Positions 1 to 11,204 of a DNA stretch of 32,294 bases are shown here, piece by piece. Source of the stretch: Macrostomum lignano (Eukaryota); NCBI GenBank assembly GCA_002269645.1, contig NIVC01003559.1, forward strand, positions 1 through 32,294. Reading direction: 5' to 3'. Each line of letters opens with the position of its first letter. The first letter of the stretch is position 1. Under the pieces are notes generated by a model, which saw only the letters and a program-made list of their open reading frames with translations, did no database searches and was not told the origin of the DNA. Position numbers and translations under genes: made by a program.

Positions 1-342
1 CCTGTATTACAATATGCAGCGGACCGGGGCTCCTCCAACCGCTACGGGTCTCTGAAGCTCGAGGCGCCCTACAGAATCACCTCGGACAGAACCATCGGCA
101 GCTGCCCGTGGAAGAGCGGCGCGCTGAAGATCGGCAAGCTGTCGTTTAGTGGAGATGGTGGTCACCTGTGCATGCGGCAGGTGTATCCGGGATACGGCTA
201 CACCGAAACAACTCCCGTTAATCCAATGAGCAAAGGCGTGGATGCTTTGAAGCGAATAGAAAAAATGCACGGCGAGTTTCTCAACAAGCGGCAGCAAAAT
301 GTGTTTGATCGCCGGGCGATGACCATCCCGGTGTGCCGATGA
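1..342 (+). CDS. Probable 3'-terminal coding exon of an upstream gene (partial, 113 aa, unknown product)
   Basis: Frame +1 is open from base 1 to TGA at 340-342: PVLQYAADRGSSNRYGSLKLEAPYRITSDRTIGSCPWKSGALKIGKLSFSGDGGHLCMRQVYPGYGYTETTPVNPMSKGVDALKRIEKMHGEFLNKRQQNVFDRRAMTIPVCR*. Third codon positions are G/C-rich like the other exons, and the sequence turns AT-rich after the stop. No family recognised. Confidence 0.6.
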   Translation, partial: PVLQYAADRGSSNRYGSLKLEAPYRITSDRTIGSCPWKSGALKIGKLSFSGDGGHLCMRQVYPGYGYTETTPVNPMSKGVDALKRIEKMHGEFLNKRQQNVFDRRAMTIPVCR

Positions 343-639
343 AATTCCAGTATTTAACTGGCCGTATCAGGTGAATTTCGCCCCATATTTCTTCACGGTG
401 CCCTAATTTTTTTTCCAATTATCCGATAACGCATCATTTCTTTCGCGTCAGCACTGGCACTGCGTTGAGCACAAGTTCTCAGCACTTTGCCAGCTTTCAG
501 TTTTCAAATCATAACCGTGTATCTGCGTTCAAAGTCGTCTTTTTTTCTTTTAAGTACAAAGAAAATCAGCGGGCAATTGGAATTGAAGGCAATGCTCTTT
601 TTTATCATTTTATCCCTTAGGAAAAGCATTGAAATGCAA

Positions 640-1090
640 GGTTCATCCACAATGTTAAGGAATCCGCCAAGATGCTTGGAATGAATTCAGCTTGCAGCTG
701 ATAGATTCGTCTTACCACTGAAAGTAATGCTGGTCCAACTGAGGTGCGCTTGTGTAGTTAAGTGGTTTTGGATGCTTTTTTACAATGGTGTGCCGCCCTG
801 AGCTCAGTATATTCATGCATTCAACAGCAAAGATGCCAAAGTTTGGTTAAATCTGTAGATCTCTAAGCTGCAGAAACGTCCATATCAATGACGCAATGAT
901 TTGGATGACATCATGGCTGAGGCGACTCGTGGTCTATTTGGTAGCCAACTAATTAGCCAAGACGTCCGTGAAAGCATCTTTCGTCCATGCACACAACACC
1001 ACAATAGTTTCCTGTACATTTTATTGGGGGAGTTCGAATATACTCATTGACTTGAAGCCAAGAAAGCATTGAATCAGTCGGTTTCAATAC
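640..1090 (-). mobile_element. Eroded non-LTR retrotransposon (CR1-group LINE) RT fragment
   Basis: Manual minus-strand translation with stops gives KMYRKLLWCCV...SWLISWLPNRPRV...IY*AQGGTPL...HLSW. This is colinear with LINE RT consensus L.RKL...GV / WI.SFL.NRPQ.V / IKYADDT / L..W. By-eye match only. Confidence 0.4.
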
Positions 1091-1733
1091 ACAGGTAATG
1101 CTACAACTTCACCGCTCGATCACGTTTGACGGATTCAAAGATAGCGTTTTTTTGTTTTTCATGTACTATGCTTGTACCCTTCAGACATGGAGGAATTATG
1201 CTTCAGTTTAAAAATGAATCCGGTGAATTTCATTTAATATACTTAGGTATTTACACATAAAATAGTGTCAGTAAATATCGGCTTGGCGGTTGATGCTACT
1301 AACGACAAATATATAGTCAGTAGTATATCTAGTGCAAACAGGCTGCAGTTAGCTGTGTGCCTAAAATATGTTTTCTAACGACTGGAAAAATATTCCGGGG
1401 TAGCTAAAGCAGAACCAAGTTAGGTAGGGCTCTGCTGAAGCAAAGTTTTGGACTCAGAACCGTCTGCGTACACCGCACGTATTACCCGACCGAGTTCGCA
1501 GGGCTCTAATGTTGCTTAGATTGCTGTCGCTCACTCTCTCTAAACTCTTCCCTTCGTGTTCGCAGTTTTTTAGCTGAGCAGATAGCTGTTCGCTGCTGGG
1601 AAGATAATTAGGTGATAAATTTTCCCTCCCTCCGCTCATCGCTCACGCAGTGCGTCAGTATGCAGTCATACATAGCGCTGCTATGGATGGGTTCACGGTC
1701 CAGTGCCCAATATGCGCTGACTCTGTGTCTGGG

Positions 1734-1735
<2 letters not shown>

Positions 1736-1780
<45 letters not shown>
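1736..1780. repeat. (CT)n microsatellite, about 22 units
   Basis: Direct reading. Confidence 0.98.
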
Positions 1781-1783
<3 letters not shown>

Positions 1784-1939
1784 CTCCCCAGATGGCAGGT
1801 GCTTTCTACAAGATCGAATGCGTTTTAATGCAAAGTTTAGCTTTACAGGTGCACAAAAGTTTGTGTAGAATTACTTACTGCTCACTGCAGCTTATAAAAT
1901 CGTGTCCCTATAATGAAATTTAGTCTCACACAAGTTTTT

Positions 1940-2470
1940 GTGCTCATGCGGTACGAAATTCAACGCCTTGATATTTGGGCGCATTTCTGACTGTCTGGTC
2001 CCGCAGAGGCTGAGTGCTGCCTCCAGTGCCTCTTCATCGACTTGTTTTAGTCGGGCCAGACTCAGAGGAGCCCCCCCTAGACCTGTTTTGTCCCTTTGTG
2101 TTTCATCCTGCCTCACATCCTCAACAACGGGCCTACATAGTATTGAAGTGCAGGGTGGGAGCATTTGAGATCATCTTTCCTTGAAACGTCAATCTATTCG
2201 CATCGGTCCCATTACTCCGCGCCTCACCTACATCCTTGCTTTTTCTAGACTCAGCGCCTCATGGATCAGTGCGTCAACAGTCTTGAATTATAAGAGATAG
2301 AGGGAGCCACGGGCTAAATTTGAGAAGCCTGTTGTATTCTCACGAGCCGAAATCTAAAGTATTTGTTGATGCTTAAAATTCCTGCGGGGCTTGTGGCTAG
2401 ACAGAGTTGTGAGACACTTCAGACGATCCAGACCCGTGGCGTCTTTCACCTGAGGACACCATCTCCCTTC
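1940..2470 (+). mobile_element. Eroded LINE RT fragment (Rex1/Babar-like, central to C-terminal RT)
   Basis: One frame (ORF 1938-2168 and its continuation past stops) reads RISDCLVPQRLS...RGAPPRPVLSL...SWISASTVLNYKR*RE...CLKFLRGLWLD. This follows the order WI.DFL..R.Q / GAPQGCVLSP / W...N.L.LN..KTKE / FKFLGV of CR1-group RTs. Confidence 0.5.
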
Positions 2471-2494
2471 TTCATTTGTTTATGGCTTGAGTCT

Positions 2495-2977
2495 ACCTCT
2501 CCTATCCTCTCCTCTCCTCTCATCACTTCTCCTCTCCTCTCCTCTCCTCTCCTCTCATCCCTTCTCCTCTCCTTCCCTCTCATCCCTTCTCCTCTCCTTC
2601 CCTCTCCTCTCCTCTCATCACTTCTCCTCTCCTCTCCTCTCCTCTCCTCCTCTCCTCTCTCTCCTCTCCACCCTCTCTCCTCCTCTCCTCTCCTCTCCTC
2701 TCCTCTCCTCTCCTCTCCTCTCCACCCCTCTCCTCTCCTCTCCTCTCCACCCCTCTCCTCTCCTCTCCTCTCCTCTCCTCTCCTCTCCTCTCCTCTCCTC
2801 TCCTCTCCTCTCCTCTCCTCTCCTCTCCTCTCCTCTCCTCTCCTCTCCTCTCCTCTCCTCTCCTCTCCTCTCCTCTCCTCTCCTCTCCTCTCCTCTCCTC
2901 TCCTCTCCTCTCCTCTCCTCTCCTCTCCTCTCCTCTCCTCTCCTCTCCTCTCCTCTCCTCTCCTCTCCTCTCCTCTC
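2495..2977. repeat. (CTCCT)n pentanucleotide array, degenerate 5' half and near-perfect 3' half
   Basis: Direct reading; source of the SSPLL/EERRG ORFs. Confidence 0.98.
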
Positions 2978-3039
2978 CAATCTAGTCCGTTTATCTTATC
3001 TTCTCTCATTTCTTCATGCAGGCGAGAGTTACGATGCAA

Positions 3040-3570
3040 TTCATACCGCTTTCCCAGCGTCAACTCAGTCGAGTCGGTGTTTGAGGCCCTCCGTCAGCTG
3101 CATGTTCATTGCGTCACTGCTTACTACTATAGCTGTCAATGACCGGAGGTGAAAGGTAGGGTGGAATTTCACTGGAAAAACCATCATACCCTAATTATTG
3201 TCGGCGTTGTTTGATAACAGTATACCCCACTCAGCATGGGGCATCAATGGGGTTTTTCCGCGATAGCTTTTAATTAGCTGGTCCAGTCAAGCTATCCCGG
3301 TTGTCTGACGGGCTCTCAGAGATAACAACGCGCCGATGCGGGTCTCGAGATCAAGAGGGGGGAGTTTGAGTTACTTTTCTAATGACTGAATGGATAGATA
3401 GCTGGACGGATACTGCTCAAGTCGGGCTCCATTGTCAACTTTTTCCGTCATCAGCCACAGCTTCCTGCTTGGTCAGTCGGTGTAAAAATAGGGTGCGAGT
3501 TCAGTCTGTCAGCATCTATGGGAAAGCGCTGACATGTTGACCGTGCGCGATGCCTCCCGCAATCCTACCA
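3040..3570 (+). mobile_element. Possible eroded LINE fragment (region just N-terminal to RT)
   Basis: SVESVFEALRQL...(frameshift)...IIP*LLSALFDNS...GVFP...AIPVV resembles V..EV...L..L / L..LFN.S...G.FP..WK.A.VIPV.K. Confidence 0.33.
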
Positions 3571-3574
3571 GATG

Positions 3575-4080
3575 GAGAGAAGAGGAGAGGGCAGGAGAGG
3601 AGAGGAGAGGAGAGGAGAGGAGAGGAGAGGAGAGGAGAGGAAAAGGGAGGAGAGGAGAGGAGAGGAGAGGAGAGGAGAGGAGAGGAGAGGAGAGGAGAGG
3701 AGAGGAGAGGAGAGGAGAGGAGAGGAGAGGAGAGGAGAGGAGAGGAGAGGAGAGGAGAGGAGAGGAGAGGAGAGGAGAGGAGAGGAGAGGAGAGGAGAGG
3801 AGAGGAGAGGAGAGGAGAGGAGAGGAGAGGAGAGGAGAGGAGAGGAGAGGAGAGGAGAGGAGAGGAGAGGAGAGGATAGGAGAGGAGAGGAGAGGAGAGG
3901 AGAGGAGAGGATAGGAGAGGAGAGGAGAGGAGAGGAGAGGAGAGGAGAGGAGAGGAGAGGAGAGGAGAGGAGAGGAGAGGAGAGGAGAGGAGAGGAGAGA
4001 GAGGAGAGGAGAGGAGAGGAGAGGAGAGGAGAGGAGAGGATAGGAGAGGAGAGGAGAGGAGAGGAGAGGAGAGGAGAGGT
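3575..4080. repeat. (AGGAG)n pentanucleotide array, reverse complement of the 2495-2977 array
   Basis: Direct reading; includes AGGATAGG variants. Confidence 0.98.
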
Positions 4081-4089
4081 GAGGACCAA

Positions 4090-4950
4090 CACAGAGAAAT
4101 AAGAAGAGAAGGCCAGCTACAGTATTACCCTGGTGTTGGCCGATGAAAAATCGCCATCCGATGAGTGGCTTCAAGGCGTCTCAAATGCACTGCAGCTCAA
4201 TCTCCAGCCGGTGGCAAGGAAGCAGCAAATTTTGCTGGCCAAGTAGAGATCGAACTACATTTGCCCAAGGTGTGATAATTTCAAGTATTAATTTTTGTCC
4301 CTTCACTTTCCACTCCCCCACGCATCGGCAAGATTCCTTGAGTGATGGCTCGCCAGCCGGCCTAAGTGGAAGAGTCGAATGATGGAGAAATGAATGATGA
4401 AGCCAGGTAGGTTGCAATAAATTTCCCCAATTTTCTTTTCTGGCACGGAGAATCCCCAGCGTCCATTGGCGCGTAAATGTTTTACAGAGAGGCAGATACA
4501 ATAAATGATGGGACTGGGAGGAGAAGGAGACTATAGGAATAGAAAACTTCCATCGCCGATGAAGCGCAAGGATGCTGGCATCCGTAATGGAGTTGTTGGC
4601 ACAAAGTTCCAATCGCTGGAATGGGCGACCCCCCACTCCCTGAACCTCGAGAGAAACGCGACCACCTGCTCGCTAATTGGGATGAAATTAACAAATCCCG
4701 GCGAGTCCCGGTGCGAATGCGTGCGTGCGGAGCGATGATGCGGCTCCCCAGCCTCCCACTTATCACTTGGCCCGCTAGTCAAGTAGTATCCATGGCCGCA
4801 TGAAATATGCATATATGCAAAATGGAATATGAAATCAAGATAGAGGGGAGATAGAATGGGGAAGAAAGCCGGGAGGAAGCGGTCGCAACCTGCTTGGGGA
4901 GCTGCTTTGGTTGCGTAATCATTTTCACAGCTCTGCCACATCGCTATTAG
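4090..4950 (-). mobile_element. Eroded LINE RT fragment (L2/Crack-like), about 860 bp
   Basis: ORF 4531-4953 gives TKAA...FLPAFFPILSPL..FIF...PSDKWEA...NFIPIS. ORF 4181-4636 then gives SITDASILALHRRW...CKTFTRQ..GILRARKENWG...TWLHHSFL...VKGQKL...ELQCI*DAL..LIGW. This is colinear with KA.GPD / ELSP...IFN / P..WK.A / RPISL / STT.ALI..LH.W / KAFDRV / ILL.KL / WL.SFL / PQGTKL / LQ..LD...W. Confidence 0.55.
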
Positions 4951-5015
4951 CAATATGCGCCTCTGCGGGAATTCAAACTGATGCTCACGAGGACTGCAGC
5001 ACGAAAGAGGAGCGA

Positions 5016-5825
<810 letters not shown>

Positions 5826-5979
5826 TTTAAATATTGACATGTAGGCAAGGCTTAACCAATAATCCAAGCGGTCTTAATTAATTTTCACTGCAAGTATCTT
5901 TCCACCCTAGCAACACATGCCAACCCGTAATTGCTGAGAAGAAGAAATTAGTCAGAGAAGCTTAAGCCCCAGTCATTCC

Positions 5980-6400
5980 GTGTTTAGGGACAAATTTTGG
6001 AGCAACTCACTCGATATAATTTACTTAGCAAGCAATTTCTCATGGAAAGCATTCCTGGGTACCCGCTGCAGAGTCCTCGCAATGAAACTAAAGAGACAGA
6101 TCTATCTGGAGCCAGTGAGTTGCTGCTAAGAGCCCTACACACCTGCCAGCTATATTCATGTTTGCCTTCACACGGTGGGCCCAAGCATCCAGCATCAAAA
6201 GCATTCCCGGACTCTGGCAATTCCGATAGCTCGGAGTGACATATCTTTGAGTCTGTTGAAAGTGTTTAAGCGCTGCTGCACTCTGCAATTTCTGCTTCTA
6301 AGAGAGACGAAATACGCCAGACTGGCTGACTGAATTTGCTGGAGTCGAAGCATTAGGCAGGTATTATTGGGATCGGAAACAAACAACCGCAAATATAAAG
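5980..6400 (-). mobile_element. Eroded LINE fragment (post-RT C-terminal region, Rex1-like)
   Basis: RLFVSD...CRVQQRLNTFNRLKDM...RVRECF and downstream IARTLQRVPRNA resemble GV.IS.DL / KAQQRLYFLRRLK / RK.LQRVV..A. Confidence 0.48.
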
Positions 6401-6512
6401 CTCTGTTTGCTTAAATTACGTTTTTTTGCTGCAATGCAATGCATTTGTTGCGTGACTCAGAAACTAAAAGTACACACAACACTTTTCTTATGGGAAGCAA
6501 CACCAGTAGCAT

Positions 6513-6572
6513 TTAGTCTCTGTTGATTAAGCAGCTGAATTAGTCTCGGCTAAAGTCGACTCGGTTTAGTCT
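6513..6572 (+). promoter_or_regulatory. Three evenly spaced TTAGTCT motifs upstream of the Q-rich ORF
   Basis: TTAGTCT at 6513, 6540 and 6566 (spacing 27 and 26), with an inverted variant GGCTAAA at 6548. Function is inferred only. Confidence 0.3.
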
Positions 6573-6736
6573 ATGGCACGAAGTACAGGCCCTCAGCGAA
6601 GGCTCTAGACTTGAAAAAGGAAACTTCGTTCGCACTTAATAGTCAAAGGCTACAATCGGAAATTCAGTCTCGCAAACTGCATCGACACGAGCTGACGCAG
6701 CCAAGCCGGGCAGACATTCGGATCGTAAAGCCGACC

Positions 6737-7276
6737 ATGAACAATAACGCCGCCACAGCAACTTTTCACGACGACCATCTGGTCGGCTTTGGCGGCACTG
6801 ATATGTCGCACGGCAAGAGGGGAGCAGCGGCGCCGGCCCACCGACTGCAGCAGTGGCTGAAGGAGACGGAACGCCAGCGCGAGGAGAACAACCGGGCCGC
6901 GTTCGCTCGCTGGATGGAGAAGTGCGACAGCGGCTTGGTGAAGCCCGCTACCCTGCAGAGCTACCCGACAGCCACGGCGGTGCTCCGGGCCGCGCAGTCA
7001 GCTGGTGCACAGAGCCCGATGGCCGCCGTGGCCGCCGCAGCAGCTGCCGCCGCCGCAGGCAAGCAGCGCCAGTTTCAACAGCAGCAACAAACTACGCTTC
7101 AGCTTCAGCAGCAGCAGCAACAACAGCAGCAACCTGGTCACCAGCAGCAGTCGCCGCTGTTCCTGCCCCAGTCTCAGTCGGAGTTCGACTGCGTCAGAGA
7201 AGGTGGCCCCTTCGCTGCGGTCAGTCAGACTCTGATTCATCATTCCACAGCTACAGCTACTGTCATGGGACAGCCA

Positions 7277-7317
<41 letters not shown>

Positions 7318-7900
7318 ACAACAACAACAACAACAACAACAGGCTCTATCGATGCAACCGCAGCAGCCGATGTTGGAGTCGCCCGACTGCAGCCACCTGG
7401 GCTACCCCATGTACATGTACACCGGCTACCAGCCCTACCAGCCAGCAGCCGCCTTCTGCTACGCCCCGCCGCTGCAGCAGCCGATGATGCAGCCACCGCC
7501 GCCACCGCCACCGCCGCCGCCAATGCAGCACCATCACGGCTACATGGGTGGTCCGGCGCAGCAGCAGATGCCGCCGCCGATGCCCCCGACAGTCGCGACA
7601 TCCTGCTCAGCGTCGGCATCGTCTGCAGCCTCGTCAACGTCTGCTGCATCTGGATCCTCGTCTGGCCAGGTTGCACAGGCCCCGCCTCAGCAGCAGCAAC
7701 AGCAGCAGCAACCTCCGCAGCAACCTCAGCCTCTCCATGCTGGCAACTCGGACGTCGAAGCTGTGTACCAAGCCGGAGGTCCGGGCTCCAACCCTGAAGA
7801 CATGCCGGAGCAGGCGGCCGGAGACCATCTGCAGCAGTTGTGCGCCGAGTTTCCCGGCATGGCGGCCGTCTGTCACGTGCTTCAGCAGAGGCAGCCCTGA
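6737..7900 (+). CDS. Intronless Gln/Pro/Ala/Ser-rich low-complexity protein, about 387 aa, unknown family
   Basis: Track ORF 6611-7900 begins at a TTG. The first in-frame ATG is 6737 (context ccgaccATGa), where GC-rich codon usage starts. Poly-Q is encoded by mixed CAG/CAA, and poly-P and poly-A by mixed codons. Non-repetitive N-terminal (HRLQQWLKETERQREENNRAAFARWMEK) and C-terminal (DHLQQLCAEFPGMAAVCHVL) segments. Confidence 0.75.
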
Positions 7901-9048
7901 TGATTGACAGACGAAAAATTAGGCCTTCGGACAAGAACTGGAGCAGGTGACATGGTGGCATGTTGGCATCCAGCAGTGCGGCTTGCAGAGCATCTGTACC
8001 TTTCATTTTTAATATCATTTTAATTTGTCAAACAGGCAGCAAATCTTGCTTGGAGGTAACTTGAAATACTGTAATTATTGACACTTTATCGATGGGGTTT
8101 TCTGTGTCAGCAGCCTCTCAGTGTCTTAGACGCGCTTCTGTTGCCGTATTCATACATCCAGTGTGTATAGAGCCTTCGGTTATCAATATCTCTGTTCTCT
8201 GTCTTCCTTTCAGCCAGGCCTCGCTGAGTTTCTGCTATTTTTACCTGCTCAACTCTGTCTGCTAATCCGATAATTTCTCCATTTTACTTGAAATCTTGTA
8301 GCTTCAGGGTCTATATATACTTTAGGCAGCGGAACAACCATTGTTAGGCAAATGCTTAGACATTGCTCATTATTTACAGTACCAATATTTGCAATAAGCA
8401 GCAACTGCGCATGCAAGGCCACTTCTGTTTTATTCTTTTTCCTTTAGAACGGCATTAAAATATTTTAATCATCGCGTTAAATATAAATACTATACGACAT
8501 CGGATAACATTTCCAGCTAATGCGAGACTTGCAGATAATCTCCAGCTTTAAGCAAGCTGTTAATAAGTTGACCTGCCAATCACTTGATTGTTTTCTCGCC
8601 GGTTTGTCTTTTTATTTCATTCATCTTAATAACTGTACCATGTTGCATGCAAACAGTCTGTATTTCAGTTTACTTTTAAAGTTTGTGCGAAAAACGGAAA
8701 CAACGGAAACAAGCATTAATTGCCTTAACAGGCAAGCTGTCATCTGATGTGGTGGTAAATTGTAATGTTCTATTCGCATGCTAGCTGGTTTGTTTAGTAG
8801 TGCCAATCACCTATAGTCTCCTCGCTTTTTTACTCTCGCCCATTTCAAACCCGAAGCGCAAGTCAGTCAAAGTCGTGTTACTTTTAAAGTACACGCCAAT
8901 GCCAATAGCTATTGTTGGTCTTCTGACTGTCTTGTCCGCTATCTATCAGCCTACTAAACTAAAGCATAACAAAGGCTTTTTCTCAAAGTCAAGTGGCATA
9001 AACGAGTCGCGTGATAGATAAGGGGAACGTTAAAATTACAAAGACAAA

Positions 9049-9167
9049 CGACCTTGAACCAACCAATCAGCGCGCGAAGGGAAGCCTAGGGGTTGGAGTG
9101 AGACGTTGCACACGCCTCCGGCACCCCGCCGCGCCCTTGCCTTCAAGGCCACTCAGACGACCTTGAA
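9049..9167. promoter_or_regulatory. Motif cluster: three YCAAGGYCR (NR5A/FTZ-F1-type) sites plus CCAAT and GC box
   Basis: CGACCTTGA at 9049-9057 and 9158-9166, TCAAGGCCA at 9143-9151, AACCAATCAG at about 9061, CCCCGCC at about 9124. Confidence 0.35.
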
Positions 9168-10164
9168 ATGTCAAGAAGGCAATAAAAGAGCGCTACACTC
9201 GCTAATCGTGCAAATTTCTCTGCAGGCCGCCTTTCACTGCAGACTGCAGAGAAGAAATTTTAGTTTTGTAGAACTAAATTCCCATTATCTCGCTTTCTGG
9301 ACTTCTGAATTTCGAATAAATTAGCAAACACGTGTTTCTTAAACAAATTTAGGCTGACACAACAAAGCATCGAAACTTTCTTTTACTCACAACTTTCGAC
9401 GTCGTAATATCTCGATGTTGTGAAACGACCCCGTATTGGCGTGTTAGCCAAAACAGCTGTGTTTTGCCCAAGCCACATCAGCTGCAGCTTGTATTGTGTT
9501 GTCTCGAAAGTTGAGCATTTGGCAGAGCACGGGCGGGCAAATAGTGGCTGCGACCTGCAAGTTGTGCAACTCTTCAACCTCTCAGCATTGAGACAAAGCT
9601 TGATTGACTGTATTTATATATATTATCTTTTGTCTGACTGAACGCCAAATATACGACATGAAAGCGAAAGCTGCATGCGACAGAGTTCAAGCTGCGGTGC
9701 ACACACTTCAACTCAGCGTCAAGCAAGAGAGGCGTGCTCGCTCGCTGGCGACATCGACTCGAACAAACGACAATTGAATTTGAAGCCGTGTTTACTAAGC
9801 AAAAAAGAGACCGAGTCTTGAATGGGAGCTTTGCTTGGTGACTAAATCAACAGTCTTTTCGAGCTGTGTAGAGTTACACTGAGAGACAACTAGGAGAAAG
9901 AGACAAAGCAATGACGTAATAGGAAGTAACAGAAAGCCGAGATCTGTAATTTTTATCGGTTTACAGAATTTGATAATTCTTCAGCTCTTATGAGCAAATT
10001 GTTCATCCAGGAATTGAGCTTTATTCTGGGACTAGCCATTGCATTCACCATTGAGTTCCGCCTTGCGATTCGCCTTAGGCTTCAACATTCGTCTTTTGGT
10101 ACCAAAAAACAAAAATAAGAATCGGTCAATTCAAACTCGTATTATTCACATACTTCTACAAATG

Positions 10165-10194
10165 TTTATTTATAAATCGAACTATAATTTTATT
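10165..10194 (-). terminator. Candidate poly(A) signals for the protocadherin transcript
   Basis: TTTATT on + at 10165-10170 and 10189-10194 (AATAAA on -), about 1 kb past the stop at 11205. The region is AT-rich, so chance is possible. Confidence 0.3.
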
Positions 10195-10832
10195 GACAGC
10201 GCAGACAGCTGATTTCAGTTACAGAACTTTTTGTTGAGGTACCTCTATTTAACTTTGCTATACATGTACAGGTCTGCAGTCCAACTCATCAGCATGGTTA
10301 TTATGCAACAGCTCAGTTATGATGGAAACAGAAAGCTGTGAAAAATAGACTGACAGTTCAAATAAAAACATGGATAGATCGATCGATAATGGAGAATAGA
10401 TCAGTTAACGAAAAACAGCAACAAATGAAATAAGCAAAGCAGAACAGGCGTTTGATTGAAGAACGTTGAAAACGCAGGCTGGGGATAATTCTGTGCAGTG
10501 TGTACAGTTCGGTGGGTTGGAATAGCCACTAGTCACTGCAGTGGACAACGGTAGGGACTCTATAATTCGTACTTCTTTGAACTCGCATTTTACCGTACAA
10601 TACAGTACACTAAGTGTACTTTATCAGCTGTAAGTCAAAAAATCTGTGCGAAACTGAAAATATTGGCCGAGGTACAGTGGAGATGATGGAGGACTGCTCT
10701 AATAGGACGCAACGCTGTATTAGCAACACAGTTCGATCGCAATGCTAGAGCTAGAAGCACTTCTTCATCTCTCAATACTAACTTCGTTGTGTAATCAAAA
10801 GGCAAGTCGATGGGATTTTTGTGACGAAGCAG

Positions 10833-10900
10833 AGCAGAGCAGCTCAGTGGTAGATCGTCCCACTTTCTCGCCGAAGTAAATGGGTTTGATTCCGTTAATT
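10833..10900 (+). pseudogene. tRNA-like relic (tRNA pseudogene or tRNA-derived SINE head)
   Basis: A-box-like AGCTCAGTGGTAGA at 10841-10854 and B-box-like GGGTTTGATTCC at 10882-10893, 27 nt apart as in a tRNA. The T-stem and acceptor stem do not pair, so it is not a functional tRNA. Confidence 0.4.
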
Positions 10901-11204
10901 TGGGGCTCGTGAACGAGAACGGGTCATGGGGCTTGTTGTGCGATTGACACTCATGAAAGACTACCTCCATGGCACAGGGTGAGTACATGCCTTAACAATG
11001 TTTCGCTGGTTGCGGTTCGACTATCTCAAAAGCCTCCCTGCTGACTAACTGACTGACTAACCCAATTCCCAAGTGTTGCATCGCACCAGCGGCTTACTTT
11101 CCCGATCCTTGGGGATTAACAATCGACACCTGCTCGGAACTGTGTACATGCACTCGGCTGTCTGGGGGGGATCTATTTAAGTAATCAACGGAGATGAGGC
11201 GGCC

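Noticed and set aside
1892-2164. MLPPCTSILCRP resembling the DDE_1 transposase motif LPPNxTSxLQP
   Set aside because: No other DDE motifs; the opposite strand gives a longer colinear LINE RT match.
3022-3155. Apparent exon with strong acceptor (ttcttcatgcAG) and donor (aag|gtaggg)
   Set aside because: All three frames stop before that donor. The pyrimidine tract adjoins the CT array, and the peptide fits a LINE relic better.
2363-4174. ORFs of SSPLL / EERRG repeats
   Set aside because: Translations of stop-free (CTCCT)n arrays; no coding signal.
4181-4636. LELCANNSITDASILAL resembling a leucine-rich repeat
   Set aside because: Single occurrence; the surrounding sequence fits RT motifs.
6650-8018. 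Overlapping alternative-frame and antisense ORFs over the Q-rich gene
   Set aside because: Shadows of GC-rich trinucleotide-repeat coding sequence.
10635-10988. 117-aa minus-strand ORF past the protocadherin stop
   Set aside because: No codon bias like the real exons, no recognisable family, no clear splice context.
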